This document shows positions 26,298-58,438 of a DNA stretch of 64,000 bases, piece after piece. The DNA comes from Amoebidium appalachense (lineage: Eukaryota > Protista > Ichthyosporea). The stretch is from the NCBI GenBank assembly GCA_963693365.1, contig CAVNZM010000008.1, positions 7,636,830-7,700,829 on the forward strand, written 5' to 3'. Positions within the stretch are counted from its first letter, which is position 1. Every line of letters starts with the position of its first letter. A program made the position numbers and the translations under genes. The notes under the pieces are model-generated. The model saw nothing but the letters and a program-made list of their open reading frames with translations, did not search any database and was not told the origin of the DNA.

Positions 26298-29200
26298 ACG
26301 CAGAGGGACAGTCTTATCTGGAAGAAGGTTGGTCTATGATGACCACCATTCGGGATCTGGTTTTATGGGTGCTATACTACTGTAGTATGGTGGGGTGCAT
26401 CCGAATCGATGCTTAGAGCAATAAAACCCCCGCATCAGTGACCGTAGCAATCAGAATTTGTGTGAATGACATACAGCGTCTTGGGAACATATAAATGCCA
26501 CTTGGAAGTTGGAGGACTAAGGCTGTGTTGAAGCCACTCGCGATGAGGCATGCATGTGCTAACACTAAGTAAGCGGAGCCTCTTGGCGAATGCTGGATAC
26601 TTGACACCCACTGCCGAAAGTTTTCGCCCCAAAGGTGCTGTAACTATGCTTGTGGTCGAGAGCTGGGGACTTGGTCTTTTCACTACATTAGTGAACTCAC
26701 TTTCAACCATAGAAATTAGCTATAGGTGAAGATTTGGTTCCCTCGAGATCCTCAGATGTTGCATCGTGGCAGCTTGCGCTTTTATAACGTTGTGATCACT
26801 TCACCATTGATCACGGGGTTCTATCAATCTTACTTCGATCACTTTCAAAAAAAATTTCCCCGACTTTTCATCATGGCAGGTAATAAGACGGCTTTCGCTT
26901 CTTTCTTAAAATTTTGTGACTTCATTTTCACTTCGATCACTTTCCTTTCACATCAATTATTTTTTCCCGACTTTTCATCATGGCAGGTATATAAGAGCTT
27001 TCGCTTCTTTCTTTTTGTGACGGGACTGAAGTCTGGTGGAGGGGGGATGACTCCAGGCAGGTGCTGGCGCAACCGGGGTGATGGTTGTTTCCTGCGGGCT
27101 GCAAGGAGCTGGTGTGTGAGCTACCTCTCTCCATCATGGTTCTGTCTTCGCCGTCCTTTACCCGCCGGTGCGTGCGGATGGTACTCTGATGGCCGCGAGG
27201 CTTCTCGTTTAGGGGGTTGGCGGCCTTCTGGGTTAGCAACGGCACCCTTTTTCTATGATGGGGGGCACAACTAAGTTTTCTCCAACTCTACGTTTTCTCC
27301 CTGGGGTGCACCTGCGGCTTGGTTAACGTCTCCTCCGCGGCGCGCGTCCAGGGTAGTTTGTAGCCGACTGGGACGTCGAGAAGCTTCCTCAGCCGGCTAC
27401 AGTTACGGGCCCTTGTGGTGGCAGTTAGCTCTATAGCCTTGATTTGTGTACCCGTTTGCTTGGTAGTGTTGGTTCCTTTTGCATCTCCCGTTACAGCTAG
27501 CTACCTTGTTTGGCTGCTATTCTCCTTGGAGGGTTAATCCTGTTGCCGCGCCCCCTAAGGTAGTTTTGCAGTCTTACATGTTCTGTATTGCTCTTTTGAA
27601 ACCTCGTGTGCTGCTCCAGTGATAGAGTTTTGGCCGAGGGCTCTGTCTCTAGAGTAGTTACAGATGGCTTCCTTGCAGTTTGTAGCCTAGACATCTTCGT
27701 GGCTTTGATGGAGCAATCTAGCCATGCCCCAAGCTTCTCATTTTGTACCCTGACATCGATGCTAATTACATGTTAACGTAGGCAGTTACTCAAATTTCTG
27801 TGTGTTAACGTACGCGTTTCACTCAATGATTTCTGTGACTCTATTCATATTAGGTCACCTTTATTGAGGTTTTTTTTGTTGTGGCAGCCGAGATATCAAC
27901 TTATCGTTTTCACTCCTGCCTTTAGTGTTTATTTGTATTTTTATACCTTTGGGTCGACGTCCATATTCCAGTGAGCCTACTTCTGGTTTGAGTGTCGGAC
28001 TCGAAAATCGTCTCTCGAGATATCTGGGATATCTCTTTTTCGTGTCCTTCGAACATATGACCACATCAATAAAGTCATTATATATATAAAATCTTACACG
28101 CTATTAGGCTAATGAATCATTATATAACATCTGTTGCTTTGTTTAGAGGCCTATGCGCTAATTCATACGCTTGGTATGTCTTGCAAATATACAAGAAATA
28201 TATAATTTATCTTTTTTTTTTTTCGCGCGCGCAGCTACGGTAGTTTATTAAGGCCAAGCATGGATTAAATTTAGAAAATAAACGCCTACCGTACTGCGAA
28301 AAAAAGCCCAAAATATATTTTCGGCAATTAAAGAACCACCATTAGCTTCTAGATCTAGAGGGTACCGGTTTGCAAACTTTGCGGCCGCCAGCCGAGGCGC
28401 GATCGCGATCCCGCGGCACAATTCTATTGGTTCATATCAAGCGCGGCGCGCGCCCCCCAGCGCTCACGTATGTTGGGTCCTGATGGTGCGCGTTTTTGTT
28501 TTTTTTGGTCACTACTCATATACATAGTAGGAACCGAAAAATCTACACAGCAGGAAGTTTAATAGCCTGTAAAATCTTTATTACCTACCAGCTGGCTACA
28601 TGCAATAAGCAAGGCATCATTTACATATGGATGAGAGATGAGATGGGTCTGATGGGATTCCGGGGAGAGATGCGGGTGGCACATATGTTACACGCCCCCA
28701 CAACTGTAAGTTTTTGGGGAATCTCAGCACTTCGGAATGACCGGATATATTTATTTTTGTGTTATTTAGGTGTGTGCTGGGTGGTTTACTTTCAAATGTT
28801 GCAGATGTAAGGAAAGAAATGGAAGAACATTGAGATGAAATTTAGGATAAGCAAATTATTGGCAAGCGCCAAAACGAAAAACGTGATGTGAAATCAGTGA
28901 AAAATGGGGAGCTTATTGACGGCACCGATGACACCCAATCTATTCCAGCCTCTTCTAATTAGTCTCCGCGATCGAGTTCATCAAAATTTTCCAAAATCCA
29001 CAGTATGTCTTGTTGAATTATTGACTTGGATTTGTTGGTAAACTCCGTCACCAGGTTGAATTTATATCTGATCTTGATGTACAATGTTCAAGTATCTCAG
29101 TATTCACTTCGATGCTTTTGGCTAAGTCGTCAAATCTTTCTCTTGCCTCGGCATGTAGTGCATTTCTACACATTTATTTGCTCTGCTTCAATCGATACCA

Positions 29201-29658
29201 ATCAATGTATCTTGTCAAAAGGAAAATAAAATTCACAGGCACACAGTAGATCTAGGAGGCCTTGACCCAAACAGTCTCATGCAGCATCGCTCATGCTGTC
29301 TGGGTCAAGTTTGTGAAGGAAACCATACTGCAGCTGATGGGTCAGTGATGGTACGCTGTCGAACATAACATGCCACAGTCATATTTTGCTGTAAACAACG
29401 GCTTCTTTTTCTTCCTCTTTTTAAGCTCATCCGCCGGGCGCAGCAGCACTACTTGAACCACGACACACGTGGCCCGTCCAGTGTTCTTGCTGCTTTCCCA
29501 GCACCTCCGAGACCATCTATGCTAGGGTGAAGTGAGGAAGATTTTTTTTTTTTGCGTCGGTATATCTCTCAACTATCTCTGCTACACTATATCTGCATTC
29601 AAGAAATGGTCCCGGCCAGGCCTGGCCAGGGGTGGGTGGGTGGGTCGCACGGGTGTGT

Positions 29659-29689
<31 letters not shown>

Positions 29690-30001
29690 GGGGGGAGGGG
29701 AGGGGGAGGCCGGAAGGGGGAGGAGGGGGGGGGGAGGGGGGGGGAGGGGGGTTTTGGGCATGTGCACGTGCTTGTGACGGTCACGGCCAGTGGCAACATT
29801 CACGGCTTGCATATGCATACTTTGTGACTTACCTTTTTTTTTTTTTTGTGATTAGATCTTTCCCTCACCTCCCCCCCCCCCTCCTCCCCCCCCCCCCCCC
29901 CCCCCCCCCCTCCCCCACCCTTCCCCCACCCTTCCCCCGCCCCTCTCTCACCCGAGAGAGAGAGAGAGAGAGGGAGAGAGAGAGGGAGAGAGGGGGGGGG
30001 G

Positions 30002-30116
<115 letters not shown>

Positions 30117-30281
30117 TCTAGATCTCAGTCAGAGAGAAAGAGGGAAGGTAGTACACCCAACCCACCGTGCCCGTTTTTCGCCCTTGCACTCACGCCCGCA
30201 AACACACACACCACACATCAGACACATGTGTGCAACACAATGTTGCGGTGAAACACATACACGTGCGCATACACATACTGT

Positions 30282-30590
30282 TAGGGCCCAATTTGAAGAT
30301 TCTCCAAAAGCAGAATTATTCTGCAAGAAGATTAATACACCGCTTTTAGCAAAAATCATTAAAAGGCGGAATTAGTCTGCAATAAGCAAAATTACTGTGC
30401 AAAGAGAAGAATTATTCTGCTTCGAACAAAACTATTCTGCAAAAAGCAGATTATTTTGCTTTATTTAAAGCCGCGATTATAATAACTCTATTTCGAGCGC
30501 GGACATTCTGCTGCCCGGGTGGACTGCCGCAGAATAATTCGGCAAAACAGCAGAAATATTCTCTACCATTCAGAATAATCATTCACCCTG
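30282..30590. mobile_element. Possible hAT-like MITE with palindromic subterminal motifs
   Basis: Ends TAGGG..CCCTG; multiple imperfect copies of GCAGAATTATTCTGC; no TSD recognised. Confidence 0.4.
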
Positions 30591-30730
30591 TATCAAATCA
30601 AGAAGCCATGTAAGACCAAAGAAAGGTCACAATCAGAATGTTTCGGAAGCTCTAGAATTGCGGGAAAGGTGTGCAGGATCAGGTGCCGCTTTTTTTTTTT
30701 TTTTTTTTTTTTTGGCCTGGGGGGGGGGGG

Positions 30731-30773
<43 letters not shown>

Positions 30774-30831
30774 CTCCCCCTCCCCCATCAACCCCCCACC
30801 CACCCTCACGCCATACCTTCACAAACCATGC

Positions 30832-30862
<31 letters not shown>

Positions 30863-30935
30863 ACACACACAAAACTTTAGGAGAATTTTTTTTTAAAAAA
30901 AAAAAAAGGATAATCGGCTTCATTGTGCATGACGT

Positions 30936-32137
30936 CACGTCGGCCGGATCGCTATGAGGGCCCGCCCGGCCGGTTCGCCGCGGATACAAGCGGTTCAGGG
31001 CGGATCCGGGCCAAAGTTCGCCGAGAGCCGCGAAAGATCTGCAGCCAATTACACGAGCCATTCGACGCGATCTGTGGAATGCGAATGCCCAGCTCACGGC
31101 AGAGACACTCCTGACAGGCACCCAATCGATAGGAGCGCGGCGAAAGCATGAAACAGGATAAAGCAATAAACGATAACACATAGATTTGAAGTATGTAAAA
31201 GGCTTTAAAGATTATTAAAACACCGTACGTACAGGTATGCACATGCACGCGAACAAGGACAATGTCGCCGCACGTGTGTGTAGATCCTTGCTTGTTATAT
31301 AGAACGCATGCCGACCAATCAAACCACGCTTGAGCGTTGCAAAATTCCTTTTTCATGATCGCGGTGCCACTCCTACCTGCCCATTCCTATTCAGTATTTA
31401 AGCTGTATTAAATAGTAATATAATGATTTTTATCATTTATTTATACATTATATTTATTATTTGAAGATTATATGTACAATGTTGCTCGTAACTACATGCT
31501 CCTTAGCGTCCTTTGCTTTGTCACCAATATGTGAGCCGAAAATTCCCATTTACCCGCATATTCCTTAGTTCTCGTCTATGATTGGTTCACGTAAACAATT
31601 TCTTATCGCTTTGTCACCATCTTGCCACCCGCCGCACTGATCAGTTTCAGATGACGAGTGGCTCACACGCTGTGCAGTACCGCGGCCAACGCAGTTTGTT
31701 GCCGTTTTTCACTTTTTTACGGCTGAAAACCGGCAAAAGCGCGTCCTTCCTGTGTCGCAAAAAGACAAACAACCATAGGTCATATTTTGCACATAAGCTT
31801 GTAAGCCAATGACCTTGGGGTTTACCAAGTTTCAACTCGATCTGACATTGGGTTGTCACGCTACAGTGTCACCAATTTTCGGGTCGCACCTCAAACCAAG
31901 AAAAGGTACCCTCGCTTTTGTGAGCTTTGCCAAAAACCCCAATGTCAGAATTGATTGAACATTTACAGAATAAGAGTTTACATATATATTTAGTACGTAG
32001 CAAATTTTGGTGGAAAACTGTTAGAGACTTCTCTCTCCACAATTTCTCAAATTATATGCAAAATGTTCGGGTCGGGGACTTTTGGCCCGATTTGCCGGCC
32101 CGGCCGGGCGGGCCATCATAGCGAACCGGCCGACGTG
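30936..32137. mobile_element. 1.2-kb element bounded by 38-bp GC-rich inverted repeats
   Basis: CACGTCGGCCGG(A/T)TCGCTATGA(G/T)GGCCCGCCCGGCCGG at 30936-30973 and inverted at 32100-32137, plus an inner GGGCCAAA..CCGA match; no transposase ORF. Confidence 0.65.
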
Positions 32138-32841
32138 GTTGGCCGGGAACTGCCAGGCGCTGGGCGTAAGCTTTACTCATGCTCTTTATGCACACATGAT
32201 AATATTATATATTCATGGCTCAATAATAAGCTGTGATACCAATTACGCTGTTGATAATGGCGTCTCCTATTATCATGAACCGTGGTGATATAAGCGAATA
32301 GAACGATGATGTGCAGTACTGGTACGTATACACCACGCCTATTGACATGGTGTTCGTGCATCTGCATATACATCTTTATTACAGGGTTACATAGACCGAA
32401 TACATACAGGATTACGTGAATTTCGGCTGCGGCAACCCATATTGGGGGGGGGGGGGGGGGGGGGGGGAGGTGTGCTGTTCATTAAAGACATATGCATATT
32501 CTCATTTTTCGAACCCACCATCTCAAGTTCCCTTTAACGATAAAAGATTTTCACATGTACCTATGGCTCAGCCAGGCTCTAGACCTTTATATCATGTTTC
32601 ATATTTTGTAGCACTAGCAAGTCAGTTAATTCAGGGGGTCTTTTATCAGTAGGTGTATATAGCCATCCACCCGAGGAACTAGCATATCATTGGCTGGATT
32701 GCGATTGTGTTGACTATTGCATCGTGAATAACAGCTCTCACCAAAAATCGGGTTTACTGCGCACATGCGCCCGGGTTTCTTCAGAAAACATACAACTTAT
32801 ACACCAGACTACATAACTCAAGATCAAACTATATATATTTG

Positions 32842-32872
<31 letters not shown>

Positions 32873-33125
32873 GTTGTATCTCCACGGATGATGTATTTCT
32901 AGTACAATAATGTCTCCACATATGATTTGTATGATTTAAGTATTGCATCGATTTTTACATGTATATCTTGTTGGGTGGAAGTACTGTTGGCCTTGGTGTC
33001 GACAACTCATCACTGCTCACCTACATGTCTTTAATAAACAGCAGCCCCCCCCCCCCCCCCCCCCCCCCTCTCCCCCCCCCCCCCCCCCCCCCCCCTTTTT
33101 TTTGAAGCACAAATTTCGGTAAAGT

Positions 33126-46179
<13,054 letters not shown>

Positions 46180-46188
46180 GGTTGCTTG

Positions 46189-46286
46189 TTTTTTGTTAAC
46201 TTCGAAAAAGCTGAGGGCTGGGGCGACTAGGAACAGCGTTTTTTGTTAACTTCGAAAAAGCTGAGGACTGGGGTGACTAGGAACAG
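46189..46286. repeat. 50-bp tandem duplication directly upstream of MINPP1 ATG
   Basis: TTTTGTTAACTTCGAAAAAGCTGAGG.CTGGGG.GACTAGGAACAG at 46191 and 46241. Confidence 0.9.
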
Positions 46287-47326
46287 AAGGTCGTTTGAGA
46301 AACTATGGTGAAAGATTCCAGGATTCCTTAACGGGCAGGAGGTATAAGGTAATCTGATCTAGATTCTCGCCAAGAGAAGCGTAAAGAAAAACGAAAACTC
46401 AAGCAATCCAAGATCCAGAGCGCCCTTGTTTTCTTACAATGGATATTTTCACACACAATCTTTCACTCCATTCGTTTCACCTCTTTTTTTGCAACCATGA
46501 AGTTTCAGGGATCCTAGCCAACATGCACCGGAGATCCCGACCTTCTAAGTTCTGCTTGCTTTCTAAAGGCTAAGTTTCCGTAAAACTTGACTCGGTGATG
46601 GTCACCGGATCATGAGAGAGAGACGGCCGCCAAAAGACTTGAGTCCCCAGGGTTTGCCAGGATCGGCTTTTTAATTGCTATGGGGACAAAGAGCGGGATA
46701 TTTGACTCTATTCGCGGCTGTATGAATAATTGAAAACCGCCTTTTGGAACACAATTCGGGGTTTATATTATTCGTAAATACGATCCTGCCGGCCAAGGAT
46801 TGCCAGCCTGTGCCCGCCGAAGCATAGTTATACCAAAAAAGGCTAAGATTTAATTCTTTTACGATTTATTATTGGTGCATCGTCTTGATTGGGCTAAAAG
46901 TAGCAGTTCAAAACGAGGCGGGAAGGCTTCTTCAGCAAGGCCTCCTGAAGGTGTGGTATTTAGGAGGCCTTGTTCTTCAGGCAGTTCCGTTCCATCTGTC
47001 GAGGGTGCTTTTGCTTTTTTGTTTCTTTCATTATTTTCTCTTCACAATCTGTAACACCTACTTTGGACTATGATAGACATTTATAATAAGTATTTTTTAG
47101 TTTTCAAAAACTTTGCAGCTTTCTCTTCTTCCGAAGTTTCGTCCGTGGGCCGTACACTTGTGCAAAGCACACACGCACACTCCACCTGCCATACCGCCGG
47201 GTTTTAGCTTTTTTGTTTGTTTGTTTGTTTGTTTTTTCCTTCCTTTTCTTTCCCCCCTTGTTCTTATTTTGCCCCATCCCTCTCCTTTATCTCTCGTTGA
47301 TATAGCTCAAAGGTTTTTGATGCATC

Positions 47327-48426
47327 ATGGAGACTAAACCACTACAGGAGATACGTGCTAATGTAGGCATAACACAGCCACACAACCCGAAAGGCCCCCC
47401 ACACAATGCCCTTCTCCTTAAGGCCCTCTCCAAGTATATCAACTCATATCCCTTGAAAAACAACAATGAAACTCAGGCCTCAAGAGAACCATGCCAAGAT
47501 GACAGCGATGAAAACAGAATCAAGCACAATGAAAAACTTGCCTGCGGAGAACATGCAGTCGCAAAACCGGAAATGGCAGAAGTACCTCGTGCTTCAGAAC
47601 ACGAAAACCAAAAACCGCCCCCACGTGACGCGGCTTCAGTGGGTGAAACGACAAACAAAAGTCGGAAGAACGGGGCAAGCCGTGCCAATAGGTGGGCACG
47701 CGCCCTTGATAGATCAAAGAAAACAGATGAAATCACCGCATCGGATTCCGAAAAATCGGAAGTTGGAAAAGGCCCAGCCGGAGATTCGGAAGCCAAAGAG
47801 CGAGAAGAAAATAAGGAGGAAGAAAACACGAAAACATGTCGCCTCAATAGTGATGATGTAGCAGATTTAGCAGAGAGTGCGTTGACGGAGGATGTGTTGA
47901 CCTTTGCGAAATCGAGTGGTGAAAATCTCGGTTGTGAAGAAGGGGAGCATGGCATGGATTATGAAAATGAACATGAGGAGCGAGGGTTTCAGGAAGAAGG
48001 CATTGAAACCAAACACAGTGCAGAAGGAGAGAGAGGGGTGGAAGGGGATCATCCGGAGCGGGATGTTGATGGTGCGGAAGAAAGATCTGAGGAGGAGAAG
48101 GAAGGGGTAGAGGGGGAAGAAGTGGGAGATTTGGGAGGGGTGGAAGCAGGGAGGGAAAGAGGTGAAAGGAAGGGACCAGGGACGGAGATTCCCGTGGAAC
48201 AGAGGGTACCGGCAAAGGGAATATTGAAGGTAGTGCGTGTCGCACCTGAGGTGAAAAAAGGTGGGTGCGGAACGGAAGTTGAAGTATGTGTGTATCTATA
48301 TGTGTGTGCGTGTGCGTGTGTGTACTTAGGCTTTGTCCGTGCAATGTGTACAGTGGTTTATATGGGCTTGGGTGTTTGGTCGTGTGTGGTTGTGTGCCAT
48401 GTATGAATATATATATATATATATAT

Positions 48427-48474
<48 letters not shown>

Positions 48475-49251
48475 GCGTGTGCGTGTGCGCGAGAGCACAC
48501 GCGCGTGTGTTAATGTGTGTGTGCGTGCACGTATGAGTGAATGTGTGTGTGTGCGCGCGCGCTGTTGTCACGTTGTGTGTGTCTGCACGAATGCTCATCA
48601 TCCACTCGTGCTGCATACACACTTAAACGAGGGGCAATCATCCCAACTTTGTGCCTGGTCCCCGGGGAAAGGTAGGAAGTGCATGGGGATGAGGGAGGAT
48701 TGGGTGGGGTGGGGGTGGGGGCGGGGAGGGGATCAAGGCACCGGGACAGAAAAAGCTGTTAATTTTATGGGGTTTGGGCTATGTTGAATGGGGCGGGGGG
48801 AGGGGAGGGGGGGGGGGTATTGGACGTTACTGGTTTGTGCTCTACCTAAGAGTTCTTAAGCCGGGTGTGACAACCGTATGACTATAATTGCGGATGCATT
48901 TGAAGCTTTAGGTCCATTTTGTTTGGTACTATACATGTCGAAAGTACTAACTAATAAAATCACAAAACATCTCGGTTATCGCGAAAGCTATATTCAATTC
49001 TTTGCTGAGTTTTACGTCTTTGGTTTTGATGTTCCTTTCAAATTTGCGGTTAGCACCGTGTATGGGAGGGGGTGGAGGGTTCTTTATAACATGTGTGCAA
49101 ATTTACAGGACGGAGAAAGGCAAAGTCGCACAAGAAACCCATCTGCACCAGCAAGGGGCTACGTGTACAGTTCACCGACAACACCATATTCCTGGTCACA
49201 CCACGCGTCAAGAGGCGCAGTTCGCGCCTTAAACTGGACAAAAACGCTTAG
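47327..49251 (+). CDS. Acidic disordered protein with basic C-terminus, candidate PP1 interactor; exons 47327-48260, 49109-49251
   Basis: Long open frame; G|GTGGGT donor and TTTACAG|GA acceptor in phase give ..PAKGILKVVRVAPEVKKGRRKAKSHKKPICTSKGLRVQFTDNTIFLVTPR..*; divergent from MINPP1. Confidence 0.7.
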
Positions 49252-51173
49252 TTTGGCACCCGTTCTTTAAGTGTAGAACGTTATAGCTCAACTGATCAAG
49301 TGTTAAAGATGGGTTGGTTAATCACATGGTGGTGGAATGGCAGCTGGCAGGGCAGGAGGCTAAATTTCTAGAAAGACACATTCAGGGGGGGGGGGGGGGG
49401 GGGGGGGGGCTCTTATTATAGAAGATGCTTCCCTTTTGGGGGTGGGGAGGGGGGGATGCCCTCTGCCCTACTTTTTTCAGGACAAGGTTAGTTTGGTGCT
49501 CGTTCTAGGCGCACTCATTATGGCTAATCGGTATATATTGGTGACTAAAAGGAGGGAAGGGGTGCGTGTGTGTGTGTGGGGGGGGGGGGGGGGAGTCTTA
49601 GATGAGAGAGACTTTGGGCCGTTAGTTTCTAATGTTTTGGATGATTCTATCTCTTACCATCCTACTAATATAGTAGTCCCGGACTCATCCATGTGGAAAC
49701 TACAGTGATCCATTTGTGGGCAGTGGATGGCACACTAAAACAAAAGGGGACATATAAGGTAACCGAGCGTTAGGAAGAAGATTGCAGTTCTATATTTTAA
49801 TTTGTATGGCTTGATTCGGATGTGCCGGACTAATGGAATGTGGCCAATTAATTGGCCTAAAAGAAACATTATAATTAGTTCACTTTGCACCATTAAGTTT
49901 ACGGGGCAGTACCCTTCCATTCACTGGGCCCGCAGCGGGCAACATAAGCTTGGTGGCATGGCAATCACCTCTCCCCCCCCCACCACCACCCCCGCCCCTT
50001 CCCCCCCCCCTGATACGGCTCAGGGACGTTGCATATAGGCTACAGTACATCCATATTCTGTTACTTTAACTAGAAGATATGATTGGCCCATCGGCATTGC
50101 CGTAGGTTCGCTTACCATATATGTACCAAATGATAGCATTTGATTGGCTGCGCTGGAAATAATAAAGCAGTTCATAGGCAGTCACGTGAGGCTGGGCCCT
50201 GGGCTCGAGACATGTCCGTAGCAATAGAAAACACATGAACCCCCTTATAGAAGTCTAGTAGATCTGAATAGATCCCACGAAAAAGAAGATTGGCGAAATC
50301 TAGATCCTTTTTGTGTGGACGGGCAGAAGTTAATGATAAGCTATTTGGAGCGGTGGTGGCCCCGGGGGGGGGGGGGGGGGGGGGGGATGGGTTAACAGAG
50401 CAACCAGCCGACGTGTGCTAAGTCTTGGTCATACGGTTGCCCCGCTAGCGCTATTAATTTGATTGCACCCGTACATGTGATAACTTCATCCCATATAACC
50501 ATATATGGTCATGTAACGTTCAGCTGATGCGCTTGCGTGGTTGTCCTCCGTGTCCGTGGTGATAGGCTCCAGAACTAATAATAATTAGACCACACAGTCA
50601 TCGGTATGCCCCCAACCCACCCCAGAAAACTTTCCCTGCACTGACTGTCCGTCTCTGTCTGTGTGTGTGCGCGAGCGCCTGTGCGCGTGCGCGTATGGTG
50701 GTGGTGGGAATACATCCATCCCTCCCCACCTCCCTCTCTCTCCCCCCACCCACGACCACCGCCATTACGTACCACCACCACCACCTTGGTTACAAACATA
50801 AATTCTCACGCATTTGGCCTTACCCCATAGAGGTTTTTTTTTCTTTTTTTTTTCCCCTTTGTCTCGTACTGCCACTGGAGACTTCTGTTAACCCTATTAA
50901 TGCACACTTTGAGCCAGACGGCCCGAAGTTCACGTTGTGCTGTACATAGTCTAAGGGAATACCGTCGTAAAAATGATGGTCAGGTGCCAAAACATCCCCC
51001 CCCCTCCCTCCCTCCCCCCCCCTCCCCCCCTCCCCCCGTCCCCCATCCCCCTGGTCCTTTCTCCCCTCCGGGGGGGGCCTGTTTGTGCTCCCAAGCCCTG
51101 TGGGCCGTTAGTCCAAGTCCCCTTTCCCCCCCTCCCCCCCAAACCCTCCTGCCCCTCCCTTCCCCCCCTCCCT

Positions 51174-51204
<31 letters not shown>

Positions 51205-51387
51205 CCCCCCCTCCCCCCCTCCCTCCCTCCCTCCGTCCGGTGACCTGCAAACAGTAGCCCAACACATATGCACGATTCGCGTGAAGGCCACTAGGTCAGG
51301 CATGCCTTGTCACATGATCGGAGATTATAAAAGTAGATCAGCTCGATCTACTCTCAGATTTATGGGGCTCCCAACACACTGTGCACA

Positions 51388-56626
<5,239 letters not shown>

Positions 56627-57463
56627 TTTGCGGAAGCATATAATATACGCGAGGATTGAAGAGTGAAAATTTGACTGCGCCCGAGGCACCCTGCAGGACA
56701 CGTACATGTACGTGCGGGCATTCAAACCTGACTGTGTATACCTGAAAACATGGACGGCCTTCGAATTCTGTACCTGACTGTCAGAATGCGGCTGTTGCGG
56801 GTTACGGCTGAGAAACCTTCGAGGCCATATCAAGAGGCTGAGTAATGCCGTGCGATGTTTATTATGCCGCGCGGTCTGCCGTGCGTAGGGCCCCGGAAAG
56901 GTTGGAAGGAAATTGTTGCATGACCCAAGTTGCTCTACCTCAATCGGTGTGGGCGTCGTTGCAACTGTGTAACTCGCAGTGAAAAGTTATTCATTATAAT
57001 CATGATGTACATAACTTATTTGATATCCGTAACTGAATGTTGCATTTATCTCTACATTCTTGGGCCTACATGCACAGGCTGCAGCCTAAGGCTGCGGGTC
57101 ACCGAAGACTCCGACAGCTTTCTCTCCCGCAGTCTCCCGTTGGGAATGTAAACAAGCGCAGGATTATGATTGGTATACATTCTGAGTTCCTATTGGCTTG
57201 AATGAGCACGAGGTATGCATTAAGGGACGAATCAGTCGAATATGGTTCAGAGTAGCACAAACTTATTGGATTAAAGCGCATCGGTGATATTGACGCAGGA
57301 TTTTCGTTTGATTACGGTATGTAGGCCCCAAATATTCCAAAGACATCTGGTGTTTTCTTCGAATGTGTCCCTTTATATACAGAGATGTGCCTTGAAAAAG
57401 GTTTCACGCTTTTATTTATTTCGCTGTACATACATACCACTCCGTAGAAACACAATAACAACC

Positions 57464-58438
57464 ATGCCGAAACTTTCGGTTGATACAGTACTGGCAGAAC
57501 TTGCCCTCGTTAAGAAACAGCTAAATGAGCTGTTACCACTCAAGAACATGATAGAAAAACTCCAAACAGAAAATACCCAACTCAAGCTCACCATTGATTC
57601 ACTCACAGCCCAGCTAAACATTAGTGGATCGCAAAACCCCAAAACTCATGAGCAAACATCTCGCGACGGAGACATTTCCACCCCAACACAAAACAACACA
57701 GGACCGGAAGCACAGCTCCCGGCAGAGTTCCTAGAATATGCGAACTCTCGTAAAACACCCGAGCTCCGCCAAATTGCCAAGGAAACATATGCCAGCATTC
57801 TTGCAGGCAACGAGTACCGCCGCAACTCCCCTCCCAAACCGCCGGCTAAGGGGAACACCCAAGCAAACGGTAACATCAACATCCCACCCAAATACGAGAG
57901 GGTGTATTTCAAAGTCAAGCACGGCAGACGCCCACACAGGGCCATGTGGTCCATCTTCAAGGCTCTCGGCTTCCGGTGCTCTCGCATCCTTTGTCTGTCC
58001 TTCATTGGATACGATGTGCTGGAAGTAGCAGTACGGGGCGACTATAACCGTGCGTTCATCCGTGACGCGACAAAGGGGTGTGGAAGCTTCTTCACCCACC
58101 TCCCAAGCTACGACCCATGCGCGCCGGAAAACATTCAGAAAGCAGACAAAGAACGTAAAGTGTCTGCTAAGAATGCGTGCGCCACACGTTGTCGTGTACG
58201 CATCAGCAAGGCAAAAGAGTTCCTCGCAAAGTTGGAAAACGATGCTACGAGCGTGATAGACACGGACACGAAGGAACCAATGTTTTCTGGTGAGAAACTG
58301 CTCGAGCGCAAACGCCGATGCGAGATGGAAATCGAGCTCTTCTGCGAACTGTTCGCGCTGGCGGAAGGTCGTGCATACGACCCCGTAAGCGACAAGTGGG
58401 AACCAACCCCACAGGTGTCGGACCAAACCGATGCCTAA
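57464..58438 (+). CDS. LINE ORF1 (coiled-coil + putative nucleic-acid-binding domain)
   Basis: ACCATG at 57464, heptad-rich N-terminus, overlaps ORF2 start by 8 nt (ATGCCTAA). Confidence 0.8.
   Translation: MPKLSVDTVLAELALVKKQLNELLPLKNMIEKLQTENTQLKLTIDSLTAQLNISGSQNPKTHEQTSRDGDISTPTQNNTGPEAQLPAEFLEYANSRKTPELRQIAKETYASILAGNEYRRNSPPKPPAKGNTQANGNINIPPKYERVYFKVKHGRRPHRAMWSIFKALGFRCSRILCLSFIGYDVLEVAVRGDYNRAFIRDATKGCGSFFTHLPSYDPCAPENIQKADKERKVSAKNACATRCRVRISKAKEFLAKLENDATSVIDTDTKEPMFSGEKLLERKRRCEMEIELFCELFALAEGRAYDPVSDKWEPTPQVSDQTDA

Noticed and set aside
28900-29420. Transposase remnant
   Set aside because: Coding-like composition but no recognisable motif or sustained frame.
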